64,000 nt of DNA from Eledone cirrhosa (GCA_964016885.1 OZ024753.1:20088001-20152000), one strand, 5' to 3'. Positions 39,604 through 54,910 are shown, counted from the stretch's first letter. The notes: a model not told the origin generated them from the sequence alone. Translations and numbers: made by a program.

Positions 39604-40280
39604 GTTTGAGTAAGTATAATAAAGCCACAACAATGCAGGTATGGACATAGAAAAAGAATGCAATTGCAAAAGATATTGTTGACAAATTATCTTTTACCTT
39701 AGATTTATTTAAATGTCCTTAATTTTCGAGATAATATCTCTTCTTCAGAGGAAAATAAAGGTCTCAAACCAGCCTTCTAAATATCTTGCCAAGCCATGCT
39801 GACAGGAAATAGTATAGAGTATCTGTGCTATCTCTAATGTCAAAGAGTTAAAATTAGATGGATAAAGACTAGTCTCCCTTTAAAAGGAGTTTGTTTAGGG
39901 GGGGGGTTTGTATACATGCCTGTTTAAGTGTGTGGGAGAATGCATGAAGGTGTAAGTATGTGAGTGTGTGTGTGTGTGAGTGTGAGAAGATAAGTCTATT
40001 CGTAAATGTGGGGGATATGTGTTATCTGGTGTTAGAACTGGTTTTGTGTGTGTATGTGTGAGAGAGAATAAGTGGAGGTGTAAGCGTGTGTGGGGTGTGT
40101 AAATATGGGGCTAGAAGCCCTATCAGGTTATACATTGGGTGTTGAGTTCTAGTCTATTATTGATTGGTGGTTGTGTTTTATCTATAATTAGTGCTTCCTT
40201 AATTCTAAGATTGCCAAGGTTTCTTTCCTTAGTTTCTATCCTAACTGTTATGGTTTTGTCGGTGTTTTGCATTTAACTAG

Positions 40281-41516
40281 GTGTTTCTTAAACTAAATAA
40301 ATACGCTTTTAGCCTAGACGTTGTCTCCCTCTACACTACAGTCCCCGCTCATCCAGCTGTCGATTTATTGACGGACTGCGTGGTCGCAGAGGACATCCAC
40401 TGCTATGGCCTCCACCCGACGGACATACACCTGCTTTTGTCCTTCACAGTAGACAACACGTACTTCACCTTCCACCACCACACATACAGACAGACAACAG
40501 GATTACCCATGGGATCCAGCCTATCGGGCCTGTTGGCCATCACCTACATGAACCAGCTAGAATGCCGAGCCCTCAACACCTGCCATTCCCATGCCTTCTT
40601 CACCCGATATGTAGATGACATACTCATCCTTACATCATCCCGTGAGGAGGCAGATAAAATATACACAACATTCTCCAGCATGGACGCCATTATAAAGTTC
40701 AGCATGGAACACCCAGATGACCGCGGATCCCTATCCCTACTGGACTTCCAACTCAGGGTAACAGGGGAAGGCAACATCCACACCTGCTTCTATAAAAAAG
40801 CCGCCAGCAGGGACCTGTTCGTACATTTCAGATCGGCCCTCCCACTCGGTGCCAAGTTCGGATACATAAGGAACGAACTGTCACGTATCAAGAACAAATG
40901 CACCGACGCTGGAGACCGAGACACACACACCACACATTTCCTGGAAGTACTCAAACTGAACGGATACACGACATCCACCACAAACCGTGCCAGAAAGAAC
41001 AGTGGACACCACACCCGAGGCACTAACACTTGCTTCCTGAAGCTCCCACACTTCAGTGAAGAAACAATAACAGCCATCCGTAGATCCATCAGACGAGAGG
41101 GACTAGATATCCAACTGGCCCACTCAGGTCCTTCTCTACGCGGACAGCTAACCAAAAGACACTCCAACAGACATGACAACTGCTGCAGACTAGCCAACTG
41201 CCCCATCAACGACATAGACCTATGCCACCTGGCTTACGTCGTATACAGACTAGAGTGTGACAAATGCAACAACTTCTACGTAGGTAGCACCACCAGACCA
41301 CTCCACATAAGAATAAAAGAACACCTCAATACTAACGCTTCCTCATTTAAGAAACACCTAGTTAAATGCAAAAACACCGACAAAACCATAACAGTTAGGA
41401 TAGAAACTAAGGAAAGAAACCTTGGCAATCTTAGAATTAAGGAAGCACTAATTATAGATAAAACACAACCACCAATCAATAATAGACTAGAACTCAACAC
41501 CCAATTTAAAACCTGA
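40281..41516 (+). CDS. PLE reverse transcriptase C-terminal half plus GIY-YIG endonuclease (5'-truncated, open frame)
   Basis: SLDVVSLYT, YRQTTGLPMGSSLS, RYVDD, SLLDF, VVYRLECDKC..YVGSTTRPLHIRIKEH, KEALII..QPPIN. Confidence 0.93.
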   Translation: MFLKLNKYAFSLDVVSLYTTVPAHPAVDLLTDCVVAEDIHCYGLHPTDIHLLLSFTVDNTYFTFHHHTYRQTTGLPMGSSLSGLLAITYMNQLECRALNTCHSHAFFTRYVDDILILTSSREEADKIYTTFSSMDAIIKFSMEHPDDRGSLSLLDFQLRVTGEGNIHTCFYKKAASRDLFVHFRSALPLGAKFGYIRNELSRIKNKCTDAGDRDTHTTHFLEVLKLNGYTTSTTNRARKNSGHHTRGTNTCFLKLPHFSEETITAIRRSIRREGLDIQLAHSGPSLRGQLTKRHSNRHDNCCRLANCPINDIDLCHLAYVVYRLECDKCNNFYVGSTTRPLHIRIKEHLNTNASSFKKHLVKCKNTDKTITVRIETKERNLGNLRIKEALIIDKTQPPINNRLELNTQFKT

Positions 41517-41897
41517 TAGGGCTTCTAGCCCCATATTTACACACCCCACACACACGCTTACACTTCCACTTATTCTCTCTCACACATACACACACAAAAC
41601 CAGTTCTAACATCAGATAACACCTATCCCCCACATTTACGAATAGACTTATCTTCTCACACTCACACACACACACTCACATACTTACACCTTCATGCATT
41701 CTCCCACACACTTAAACAGGCATGTATATAAAAAAAAAATAAAAAAAAACCCTAACAAACCCCTTTTAAAGGGAGACTACTCTTTATCCATCTAATTTTA
41801 ACTCTTTGACATTAGAGATAGAACAGATACTCTATACTATTTCCTGTCAGCATGGCTTGGCAAGATATTTAGAAGGCTGGTTTGAGAACTTTATTTC

Positions 41898-41932
41898 CCT
41901 CTGAAGAAGAGTTATTATCTCGAAAATTAAGG
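41898..41932 (+). ncRNA. Minimal Penelope-type hammerhead
   Basis: CCU-CUGAAGA-A-GAG..CUC-GAA-AAUU-A-AGG; copies at 60511-60545 (+), 59641-59675 (-), 39717-39751 (-) and 31959-31993 (-, CCGA variant). Confidence 0.65.
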
Positions 41933-42090
41933 ACATTTAAATAAATCTAAAGTAAAAGACAATTTGTCAACAATATCTTTTGCAATTGCATTATATTTCT
42001 ATGTCCATACCTGCATTGCTGTGGCTTTATTATACTTATTCAAACGTCTATACCTCATTACACAATGCTTCAAGTGAACTATAACCTCCT

Positions 42091-42630
<540 letters not shown>

Positions 42631-42640
42631 TATATATATA

Positions 42641-42756
<116 letters not shown>

Positions 42757-42827
42757 AATATATATGTATATATATATAAATATGTATATGTATATATATA
42801 TATATATGTGTGTATATGTATATACAC

Positions 42828-42865
<38 letters not shown>

Positions 42866-42887
42866 ATATATATATGTCTATATATAT

Positions 42888-43066
<179 letters not shown>

Positions 43067-43111
43067 TATATATATATATTTATATATATATATATATATT
43101 TATATATGTTG

Positions 43112-44052
43112 TTATACTTTGGGAGGGTCATGTTGCAAATAAGAAACACACGCACCAGATGCTATCACTCCAATTTATTATAAATCATATTATAAATTTA
43201 AAAATTCATAAATTTCCGGTTGGTTGGTTCCACAACCGGACGGTTGTTCATATATTGTCAAAGTTCTTTCGTCACACATTCTTTGACGTCTTCAATGACT
43301 GGTGATTCTTTTCTTTGTTTTGTGCCCCTCTTTTGTTCTGTCCTACGCCATATTGTTTTGTGTGTGTTGTGTGCTTAGTTTACGCATGTGTTACATCCGA
43401 GTGTCTGTGTGTTTTTATTTGTTTATTTATTTGTTTATTTACATGTTACTGGTTGGTTGTTTGTTCTATGTGTGTGTGTGTTTTCATGTTGTCCTTAATT
43501 TTAAGTTGGGATGTTGCTATTCCATTCATGTTTTCTATTTAAGTTTGGTTGGAGTTCATTTATGTTTATTGCCTCTGTGATTTGTCAAAACATTGGGTCT
43601 TTTCTGTGTGTAGATTTTTATTTCTATATTCTCTAATTTGCCCTTATGTTCTATTTTAGCATGTTGGTGGAGTACAGATGACTCTTTTCCTATCTTGAAG
43701 CTCTCGCCAGTGTTCATTTAATCGTTCTCCTATAATACGAGCTGTCTCACCAATGTACACTATGTTCTTATCTTTACATTGTCCTTCAGTACATCTTATG
43801 CTATATACTATGTTTCTAGTGTTACAGTTAATATGGAGGCTTAGTTTACAGATTATGCATTTCTTATCTATACAGGGAGGTCTTTGAAAATGGAATATAT
43901 TGTTAATAAGTGTTTTTTATAGAGGTACCTTGTCTTTCTACTATCTTAATATTGAGTTTATGTTTATCTAGGGCCCTTCTAAATTTGTAAACTAATTCAC
44001 CTCTAGGGGTTGTATTGATGAACATTTGCAACATGACCCTCCCAAAGTTTAA
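43112..44052. repeat. 940-bp segment with 25-bp perfect terminal inverted repeats
   Basis: actttgggagggtcatgttgcaaat at 43116-43140 versus atttgcaacatgaccctcccaaagt at 44024-44048. Confidence 0.7.
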
Positions 44053-44112
44053 TAATATCGATTTCAACACACGGTTTCAGATAAATAATCTTGCTAAACA
44101 AATTCAGAAACG

Positions 44113-44174
<62 letters not shown>

Positions 44175-44336
44175 GAAATAACATGAGGCTGGACTGGTGT
44201 AAATCCTTGAAAGGTTTATTATACTATGATCATTTCAATGACCGGGTTCCATATGAATCCATATGAATATATATATATCACCTTGATCACCTTGACCCAT
44301 CAATCTGTCGGGCGCCAAACGGCGCCGCTGGTCACA

Positions 44337-44437
<101 letters not shown>

Positions 44438-44559
44438 TATGTTTGTATGTAACCTTTTCACGCTTATGCAGACTCTCAGACCTCTCCACCAATTATTCTC
44501 TAATATAGTATAAGTGTTCCATACACATACACTCATCCATACACACAGGCATAGACATA

Positions 44560-45405
44560 CACAGACATACACATACTCATATACTCAGACATACACATAC
44601 ACTCAGACATACACATATAATCAAACATACTCATACACTCAGACATACAGATACACTCAGACATACACATATACTCAGACATACACATATACTCAGACAT
44701 ACACATACACTCAGACATACACATACACTCAGACATACACATATACTCAGACATACACATATATTCATACATACACATACACTCAGACATACACATACAC
44801 TCAGACATACACATATACTCAGACATACACATACACTCAGACATACACATATACTCAGACATACACATACACTCAAACATATCCATACACTCAGACATAC
44901 ACATACACTCAGACATACACATACACTCAGACATACACATATACTCAGACATACACATACACTCAGACATACACATACACTCAGACATACACATATATTC
45001 AGACATACTCATACACTCAGACATACACATACACTCAGACATACACATACACTCAGACATACACATATACTCAGACATACACATATATTCAGACATACAC
45101 ATACACTCAGACATACACATACACTCAGACATACACATATACTCAGACATACACATACACTCAGACATACACATATACTCAGACATACACATACACTCAA
45201 ACATACCCATACACTGAGACATACACATACACTCAGACATACACATACACTCAGACATACACATAAACTCAGACAAACATATACACTCAGACATACACAT
45301 ATACTCAGACATACACATACACTCAGACATACACATACACTCAGACATACACATATATTCAGACATACTCATACACTCAGACATACACATACACTCAGAC
45401 ATACA
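44560..45405. repeat. 18-bp minisatellite
   Basis: actcagacatacacatac, more than 40 copies. Confidence 0.97.
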
Positions 45406-45562
45406 CAGCCATACCATCGTCTTCAATCTCCTTCACCTCCTACCCAAACATGTCAGTTTTCCTAGAATCCATTGTATTACAGAAAATTATTCTAAACTTT
45501 CTAAAATTTGCCTTCTTTTAAATTTGATTTTCAATATTATTATTATTCTTTAATAAGGCTGA

Positions 45563-45957
45563 AAGGGCGGTGGATTGGCAGTATCGGTAGAGGGTCGGAC
45601 GCCATGCTTTCCAGCATAGTTATGTCCCTTTACAATCTGAGTTCAAATCCCGCCGAGGTTGACTTTGCCTTTCATCCTTACGGGGTCGATAAAATAAAAG
45701 TACCAGTAATGCACTGGTTAATTGCTGGCCTTGTGCCTAAAGTAGAAACAATTATTATTCTTTAAAATAATAATTGTTTCTACTTTTTGGCACAAGGTCA
45801 GCAAATACCCAGTGTATTACTGGTACTTTATTTTATCAACCCCGTAAGGATGAAAGGCAAAGTTAACCTCGGCAGGATTCGAACTCAGAATGGCAAGGGC
45901 CGTAACTCTATGCGTCAAAGCGGAGCGTCCGACCCTCTACCGATACTGCCAATCCAC
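45563..45957. mobile_element. Two tail-to-tail tRNA-derived SINE copies
   Basis: 45563-45762 (+) and 45765-45957 (-); further copies near 46553-46700, 52255-52400 and 58996-59175 (-). Confidence 0.82.
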
Positions 45958-46878
45958 ATAATAATGTCAAGATTGATAGACTTCTTGAATTATTGATTTT
46001 GGTAATTAAATTTCTTGTCGTATCTTTCTTGTTTCAATGTTGTGAGACACAGAAGAGCGGCTCTGGATGTTAAGACGCCAGGGTTGGTGAAGAATTGCAG
46101 TTGAATTGTAATAACGACGTTTAGAACGGAATACATATAAATCCGTTGTATGTCAGTGATACTTCATGGTGTCTTCTCATCAGATGATAGAGTTGTGGTA
46201 ACAGTAAAGGGGAGGTATGGGAGGAGGGGAGTGAAGTAAACGGAAGGACTAGATGAAGGAGTGGGAGAAGAAGGAGAAGGAGAAAGAGGGCAAGAAGAGG
46301 GAGGGGTGTAATGAGGAGAGTAGGGGTGGAATGAGAGGAGAGAAGAGGGGGAGTGAAGTAAAAGCAGGGGCGGAAGGAGAAGCTGAAGTTGGAGAAGAAG
46401 GAGTAGAAAGAGGGGTAGGAGAGGGAGAGAAACAAGGAGGAAAAGGATGGAAGAAGGAGATGGAAATCGACAACAATATCAACAACAGCAATGAAAAATA
46501 TAATATTATAGAATCACAGTGACCACATCACATGACCAACAGTTTTCACGCGCGGGAGTCGATTAAATCAACCCAAGTATCTTACTGGTACAATATTTTA
46601 CCGACTCCGTAAGGAGGAAACGCAAAACTAACCACGGAGGGATTTGAAGGCAGAACGTAGAGAGACGTAGCTCTATGGCTCAAAGTATGTTGCCCGATGT
46701 TGGGAACAGCATCAATTCATATCATCACACGCCACCGCCATGGCTTTATTGTCATTGTGCAACCATGTTAATCAAACTGAGACAAACATATAAGTCCCAC
46801 CCATAAAGAAAAGCACACCAACATAAAGAAAAAAGTTGAAAATGCTCTTTAGGGCTTAGAGGAAGATATATTTATATA

Positions 46879-46916
<38 letters not shown>

Positions 46917-46930
46917 CATACATATATATA

Positions 46931-46974
<44 letters not shown>

Positions 46975-46978
<4 letters not shown>

Positions 46979-47750
46979 AAGGTTAATATATATCTGAGGG
47001 TACAATATACCCCCGGAAATATATAGTGTGTCTATGATTTAAGGTGGTTCTATGGTAATAATTCGATATACCAGAACTTAATATCAAGATAAGCAGAACA
47101 AGTAAAATTCAACCAATTTTTCAAAATAAATCAAAATTAATATACAATTAAAATTAATCAAAATTAGAAAATATAATATAAATATTTACCTATTCAAATG
47201 GCCTTAACTGTACAGTTTCACGTTGCAAAACAATAGATATCACGGGGATATTAATGGAAAAGCAAAGATCATCAGAGAAGCATTTTCCTATCCTAGGGTT
47301 AAAAACCCCAGGAACGATAAAATATATGACCTCACTCCAACTAATACAGGTCTGAAAGGTCGTGAAAGTGACCCATAAATACGTTGGTGTATAGTGAAGG
47401 CGGGAAATCGTAGACTAGTCGTCTATGATCGCTACCAAAAAAGATTTTTAGCAACTAAATAGAACGACAGGATTTTTCTCTACATACTGGAGAATATTGA
47501 ATAAGGTTAATATATATCTGAGGGTACAATGTACCCCCGGAAATATATAGTGCTTCTCTGATGATCTTTGCTTTTCCATTAATATCCACGTGATATCTAA
47601 TGTTTTGCAACGTAAAACTGTACAGTTAGGGCCATTTGAATAGGTAAATATTTATATTATATTTTTTTAATTTTGATTAATTTTAATTGTATATTAATTT
47701 TGATTTATTTTGAAAAATTGGTTGAATTTTACTTGTTCTGCTTATCTTGA
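46975..47750 (-). mobile_element. ORF-less hammerhead element: 524-bp unit with terminal redundancy plus an inverted arm
   Basis: gaataaggttaatatatatctgagggtac at 46975 and 47499; 47550-47752 is inverted relative to 47081-47283; (TA)n flanks. Confidence 0.8.
47201..47281 (-). ncRNA. Type I hammerhead motif
   Basis: CUGAUGA-U..UUGC..GCAA..U-GAAA-CUGUACAG-UU; weak stem I; the + copy at 47552-47632 has GAAA changed to AAAA. Confidence 0.6.
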
Positions 47751-48125
47751 TATATATATATATGTATATATGTGTATATATATATATGTATATATATATA
47801 TATAAACATAAGTATGTATGTATACGTACATACATATATGTATACAGACGTACAGTAGTATGTATATATATACATACATGCACACACATATATATATGCA
47901 CGTATCGGGTTACCGAACATTTATTATAATGCTCGGTTTGCTTGTAAACAAACAAACAGCCCGAATTATGCCGTACTAAGAGTGAGAAATGTTTCATTCT
48001 ATTCCATTTATCCTTTTCGGTACCCCGGCTGAACTCACTCGATATGCAAATTAGGCTGCTCAGCCGTTAATATGCATAAGGAAATTATATACTTTCAGAC
48101 GTTCAACAATCTGGCAGGAAGGTAT

Positions 48126-48168
48126 ACGATGCTGACGATAGTTAATAAGCTTGAAACTAGTACATCGT
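48126..48168 (+). ncRNA. Minimal type I hammerhead motif
   Basis: ACGAUG-CUGACGA-U-AGU..GCU-U-GAAA-CUAG-UA-CAUCGU; same family as 30429. Confidence 0.78.
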
Positions 48169-48462
48169 TCCTGTGTCAGTGTTGAACAAAAAGGTGACGA
48201 GGTTGCCTAAACACTGTACGGCGTAATTCGGGCTGTTTGTTTGTTTACAAATAAACCGAGCATTATAATAAATGTTCGGCAAACCGATACGTGCATATAT
48301 ATATGTGCGCATGTATGTATATATATACATACTACTGTACGTCTGTGTATGCATATGTCTATGGTTTTTTTATTTGTTCTCCTTAAGTGCGTTTGTATAG
48401 CGGGAGTCTATGCGTACGGATGTTGCTATCTGTGAGATTGTGTGTGTCTGTGTGTGTGTGTA

Positions 48463-48510
<48 letters not shown>

Positions 48511-48878
48511 CGTGCGTATGTGTGTATATGTGTGTGTGAGTGCGCGCGTGGACGTGTGAACTACCAAACCCAGTAGTAATTCATCGAAGTGTGGCAGAAA
48601 GGAATAGCTGGTCAGTAGAACTCACACCTGTTGGTCAGTTTTACGATGACGTAGAAAAGCATCAACCAATAACAGGACACGCGAAGAGGATGTTTTTTAC
48701 TCTAACACCCTAGTGAAGGAATTTGCTCCGAAATCATTAGACATGTCCGTCGAACCTGCAGATCCAGAATCAGACAGAATCTCACAATGAACGTGTCTCG
48801 AGCTGTCCGCCGGCGAAACAATTGTAACACACAATAAATTGAGTTCAGATGCATCACTGATTTTTTAGTTTTATATTG

Positions 48879-48955
<77 letters not shown>

Positions 48956-48999
48956 AAATACAAATATTAATAAAATAGATGTTCGTTTTATCAATTACA

Positions 49000-49050
49000 T
49001 TTTATTATACATATTTCGGATGTAGAACAGTACGTCCTCATCAGACAAAA
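49000..49050 (-). ncRNA. Type I hammerhead motif
   Basis: UUUUGU-CUGAUGA-GGAcGUA..UACaUCC-GAAA-UAUGUA-UA-AUAAAA; degenerate relative at 50896-50957 (+). Confidence 0.78.
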
Positions 49051-51034
49051 TATAATGATACATCACATACCCTGAGATGTTAAATGGTTAAGATTTAATC
49101 AAGGTAGTGATTAACCTAAGAGAAAGTTTAACATTTATACTCTAATAATGAGAAAATGCGAAAACATAATAAATTCAATAGAGAATGTGTGAGTAAGAAA
49201 AACGTTGCTTAATGTAACAGTTATAGAGATTTTAAACTGTATGATTCTACAATTTATCAGGGAAAGCGGTCAATGAGAGCCGCTGAGATAATATATATAT
49301 AGAGAGGGAATATATGTAGAAGGAGATTTTCCGGAAGTTAAACGGTTAAGTTTGAAAATATTTAATTTATGCTATTTTAGGGTTAAGAATCAAGATTTTA
49401 GGTTTTTTATATATATATATATATGTATATATACATAATAGTTATTTAACTATTTCTAACAATAAATACTTCATAAGATTTACATACTATATATGTTGAC
49501 AATGAATATCTCCGGTAAAGCTTACATTTAGAAAAATATTCGACAGTGTAGACTTTATTTTCCGCTGGCCAGCTAAATCCTTTAAAAGTTATCCTCATAA
49601 AATTCCAAAGTTTGGAAATGTTAAAACACTTATTGAATTTACAAAACTAATAAATAACCTGCAATTTAAAAAAAAAACAACCTAAAATCTACTTATGCAT
49701 ATGTCCATACATAGATACTGCTATTTAGTGTTGTACATGCACAGATACTTACATGTGTGTGTGCGGGTGGGTGTTTGTGCGTGTGCATGTGGTGTGGGTT
49801 TGTGTGTACGTGTGTGTATGTGGGTGTGTGTCTGTGGGTTTATAATATATGTGCGTGTGTGGGCATAGGGGATGCACCTGGGCAGGTGCCTGTGCGTGTG
49901 TGCTTGGAACGATGTGAGTTGACATACACGCATTTGAGCTCTATGCCAAGATGGGAACTGTAGTCCTCTGCATTTCCGGATTTTAACACTCTTGTCTCAT
50001 TTGCTCTTAAAACGCACCACACCAAGGTAGTGTAAAGATTGATTCTGACACAACCTTCTACTTCGGTCAATATCTTCCAAATCTTTCAAACTTTGAGATT
50101 GGTTATAACACACACGCATTTTATTTGATTATCTTATTTTATTCTTTAATTATCTTATTCCTTTTACTACTTTATCATTTTTTTTTTTATTATTTTATTT
50201 TATCTTATTTTATTGTATTTTATTTTACCTTTTTATTTCTTTATTTTATTCTTTTATTTTGTAGTTTTTAACCTTTTCATTTCATTTCATTTTTCTCTTC
50301 ATTTTTTTTATTTTCTTCATTTTATTGCCTTTTATTTCCCCACTTTACTTTATCTTATTTTTTCATCTGCTTGGCACAAACAGACCCCCACCCCCACCCC
50401 GCCCCACCACTACCAGCACGAGAAATGGTGGCATGATATATGCAAGCACACACACAAAAATTCTTCTATAATTAGCAGCAGCCGGACTTAAGCTGACCCC
50501 AACACCAACACCACTACCAACATAAGGGAGGAGGTCAACTGTACTTAACAATAACAAAAACAACGACTACAGATTGCCTTTGTTCGAATTCATATGATTC
50601 CAGTTCCTCAGAGAAATAACGACCCAACCAGAAACTGGGCATATCAGAGTATTGACGAAGTTAAACACCTCAACAACATGTGTACCCGTCTCTACCACAC
50701 CAATTCGGATTGCCTGAAGGGATCACAGCCAAAGATGGCTGTCACCAAAATATATATAGCAGTAATAAACGAAGCCAAACTTTAAATATTTGACTTATTT
50801 ATTTTATTTTATATATATATATATATATGGCAGTACTGCCAATACTGGAAATGAACTTTCAACACCGTGAGGTATGTCATACATCAATTCATGTATTTTA
50901 TCTGACGAGGATGTACTGAAAAAACACCACAGTACCTTCCAAATATGTATAATAAAACATATATTTTGATTATGTCTTCATTTATTATTATTCTGAAGTA
51001 TATATATATATGTATACACACACACACACACACA

Positions 51035-51083
<49 letters not shown>

Positions 51084-52470
51084 GCGCGCACACACGCACA
51101 TACACACACACACGATACATACATTGTTTAAAATGCTATTTACTCCACAAAACACAAATTAGAAAATTATAACCTCTTTGTACAACAGAATATTTGAGAG
51201 GAAATGTCTTGTGAAAAACTAAATTACAGAAGAGTTTTAACGAAACGAAAATCAAAGTAAATTATATATGGGAGGTTGTATTTTAAACAATATGCTTTAT
51301 TTTCCCAGGTTTATTTCATAATTATATTGGAAACGAACTTTTGTTTTTCCATCCATTTTTGAAATGTCGCCTCTTAATTCATGCTTCTATCTTTGACATG
51401 TTTGTATCGTTTTCCTTCAACTTTATATATAGTACACACTTCTGAATTAAATTATTTTATAATCTCGCTTCAAGTAATTATTTTAAAATAACAATGGAAA
51501 CACATCCTTGTTGTTAATAGGATAAAATTAGGAAACTATCATTATCGAAACATTCTTCTTCTCAATCGAGCTACGTTCTTAGAATACATAGCCATATAAC
51601 TCATGTATCTCTTTTGTCCACAACAGTGTTCTTTAAAAGCCAGCTTTTATGCACTTAACAAGTGTTCGGCATATGTTAAAATACCTTTAAGAAAATCATG
51701 TCTACCATACATAATCTTCAGATTGAAGTAAAACAATCGGCTTTCCTACATATGCTTCACCGACAACGGCCTTCTTAAATGTGAATCCATCTTAACCTGA
51801 TGTTTTCATGCATACAAAAAACATTTTTTGGCTTTTTCTGCTATTTAGTTGACGTGTCAGTTTTCTCAATTCAGTATGTTCTCTCTCACATGACACTTCC
51901 GTTGAAAGCCTCAAACCTTTCAGATCCCATCGTCCATAAGCATATCTGATAATGATTTCTAGTTAAGACACAAGGCCAGCAATTTGGGAGGATGGAAAAT
52001 TTATTTCATATGCGAGGGTGATGCTAGGGCTGTGAAATCATGTATGTCTTAATTTCAAAACTTTTTAATAACTACATTGTCATTCCTTTAGAATATCTTG
52101 GTCAGCCTATGAAGTTTTCAGCCGACCATCATAGAACGGAATACTTTCCTAAGCCCAGTATGTGAGGATCCTGGCCAGATGGAGCTGTGGGTTGTTCGGA
52201 ATTACCCCGGCAGTCTGGAGCCAATAGCTGCTGTTGCAAATGACACCTTAGTCTGGCTAGCTGCTCCCCAACTGCCGCCCTAGCTATTGTACATATGCCA
52301 TACGACAAGAAGTAGTTTACTAGTTATCTTATTTATCCAACCCGGAAGGATGCAATGCAAAGTTGATTTCCGTGGGATTTGAACTCCAAATGTAACGAAC
52401 CATTACTAAGAATCACGAAGTATTTTGTGGTGGAGCCTGCCAACCCGACACCATTTACAGTCATTTGCTA

Positions 52471-53140
52471 TAATAGAAAGTAGCTGTTGTAGGATACCAA
52501 TCTACGGCACTTCTGTTGGTTGTCTCATACTGTGTAGAGCCCCGATATTATAATAGAAAGTAGCTGTTGTAGGATACCAATCTACGGCACTTCTGTTGGT
52601 TGTCTCATACTTTGTAGACCCCCGATATTATAATAGAAAGTAGCTGTTGTAGGATACCAATCTACGGCACTTCTGTTGGTTGTCTCATACTTTGTAGAGC
52701 CCCGATATTATAATAGAAAGTAGCTGTTGTAGGATACCAATCTACGGCACTTCTGTTGGTTGTCTCATACTTTGTAGACCCCCGATATTATAATAGAAAG
52801 TAGCTGTTGTAGCATACCAATCTACGGCACTTCTGCTGGTTGTCTCATACTTTGTAGACCCCCGATATGATAATAGAAAGTAGCTGTGGTAGGATACCAA
52901 TCTACGGCACTTCTGTTGGTTGTCTCATACTTTGTAGACACCCGATATGATAATAGAAAGTAGCTGTTGTAGGATACCAATCTACGGCACTTCTGTTGGT
53001 TGTCTCATACTTTGTAGACCCCCGATATTATAATAGAAAGTAGCTATGGTAGGATACCAACCTACGGCACTTCTGCTGGTTGTCTCATACTTTGTAGACC
53101 CCCGATATTATAATAGAAAGTAGCTGTTGTGGGATACCAA
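52471..53140. repeat. 80-bp tandem repeat, about 8.4 copies
   Basis: taatagaaagtagctgttgt.. restarts at 52471, 52551, 52631 and so on to 53111. Confidence 0.97.
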
Positions 53141-53308
53141 TATTAAAAATATGGTATGCCTTCCTCAGACAAAATACAATATATAAGCTGTTTTATAAAT
53201 AATGTTGACATACCTTAGAATAATTCAACTTCCATTTAAAAAGTTGATTTGGTAGTGAAACTGTTGAGGACAGTTATAGAGAAAGAAAGACGAAGAAAAA
53301 CGAAGATA

Positions 53309-53389
<81 letters not shown>

Positions 53390-53394
53390 TATAT

Positions 53395-53427
<33 letters not shown>

Positions 53428-53433
<6 letters not shown>

Positions 53434-54456
53434 TATTGAAGTTTGCTTGAAGCATTGTGGAACAATAAGTAAATATTTATAAGTCGTTTGGAAGCCTCGA
53501 CAATGCAAATGGGTAAATCTCCGGGTAACAAGGTCCGGTGGTGGAGAGAGAGATATGTAAGTGGGTGTACGTTGAGATGCGTGGTGTGTATAAGATGTGT
53601 GAGATGTGTAGAATGAAGGGAAGAGTAAAAGAATAAAAATAATAATAACAACACAAGAGAGAGAGTTACCTAGGGAGAGATTTTCAAATCAACAAACAGC
53701 GAAAGACGCGTTCCGAGTTGTCCGACAGACAACCTTTTCCCCCACCCCGGATAAAACCCCAGTTGATGGATGTGATTCCGAAATATATAGGGACTATTAA
53801 ATCTCTCCCAAGGTAACTCTCTCTCTTGTGTTGTTATTATTATTTTTATTATTTTACTCTTCCCTTCATTATACACATCTCAAACATCTTATACACACCA
53901 CGCATCTCAACGTACACCCACTTACATATCTCTCTCTCCACCACCGGACCTTGTTACCCGGAGATTTACCCATTTGCATTGTCGAGGCTTCCAAACGACT
54001 TATAAATATTTACATATATATATATAGATATATATATATATACACGTATATATATATATGGTCCTTCCAGTTTCATTTCACCTATATACATGTCTGTGTA
54101 TAATTTGATTATTTAAAAATTTTTTTTAAGCGTACATGATTTTTTAAAAATATTTTGAATACGTCAGATCTTCAAAACAACGAACAGCGGAGGACACGTT
54201 TCTCACCTTTCCGACAGACACGCCGGACGCCCCCCCCCCTCCGTTGTTGGATGTGAATCCGAAATATATAGAGACAATTAAATCTCTCCAAGGTAACTAT
54301 CTCGTGTTATTATTTTTATTTTTTACGCTCTTTCCTACGTTTTTCTACACACTATACATCTCATTCTACATTCACTTACATCTCTCTCTTCACCACCGGA
54401 TCTTGTTACCCGGAGATTTACCCATCTGCATTGTTGAGGCTTCCAAAACGACCTAA
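53428..54456. repeat. Fold-back mini-element plus a diverged second copy
   Basis: 53470-53682 is inverted relative to 53800-54010; 54170-54456 is homologous to 53685-54000. Confidence 0.75.
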
Positions 54457-54910
54457 AGAAATATACCATATATATATATAAATGTGTGTGTTTGTATATG
54501 TATATATATATATATATATACATATATATATGTATGTGTGTGTATATGTATATATGTGGGGGTTTGCGTTCTATATACACTGGTCATGGACACACACACA
54601 TATATATATATATATACACACACACTCACATATATATATACACAACACCACTAGCTCTCCCTCTCTCTATGTCTCTCTTCCAATCTACTCTCCACAACCA
54701 CTATCTCGTTCTCTCTATCCTTTTCTTTCTCTGTCTATGAAGGTAGCTAAAAGACCCCATATCTCGGTAGCCTGTGCTTCGATTTACGCGAAACTGGTTT
54801 TATACCATCTGTATTCCCATTTCAGGGTCAACCCCATTTCAAAGTATTTTCCCATTATGCTCCCTTTTGGCTGTATTACATTAGAGACAAGCAAGCAAGC
54901 AATCACAGAA

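Noticed and set aside
44514-45426. 250-aa and 297-aa ORFs (TQTYTY / MCMSEC)
   Set aside because: Translation of an 18-bp minisatellite that lacks stop codons
52471-53140. Regular 80-bp array as a CRISPR array
   Set aside because: Whole units are repeated with no unique spacers; eukaryotic context and no cas genes
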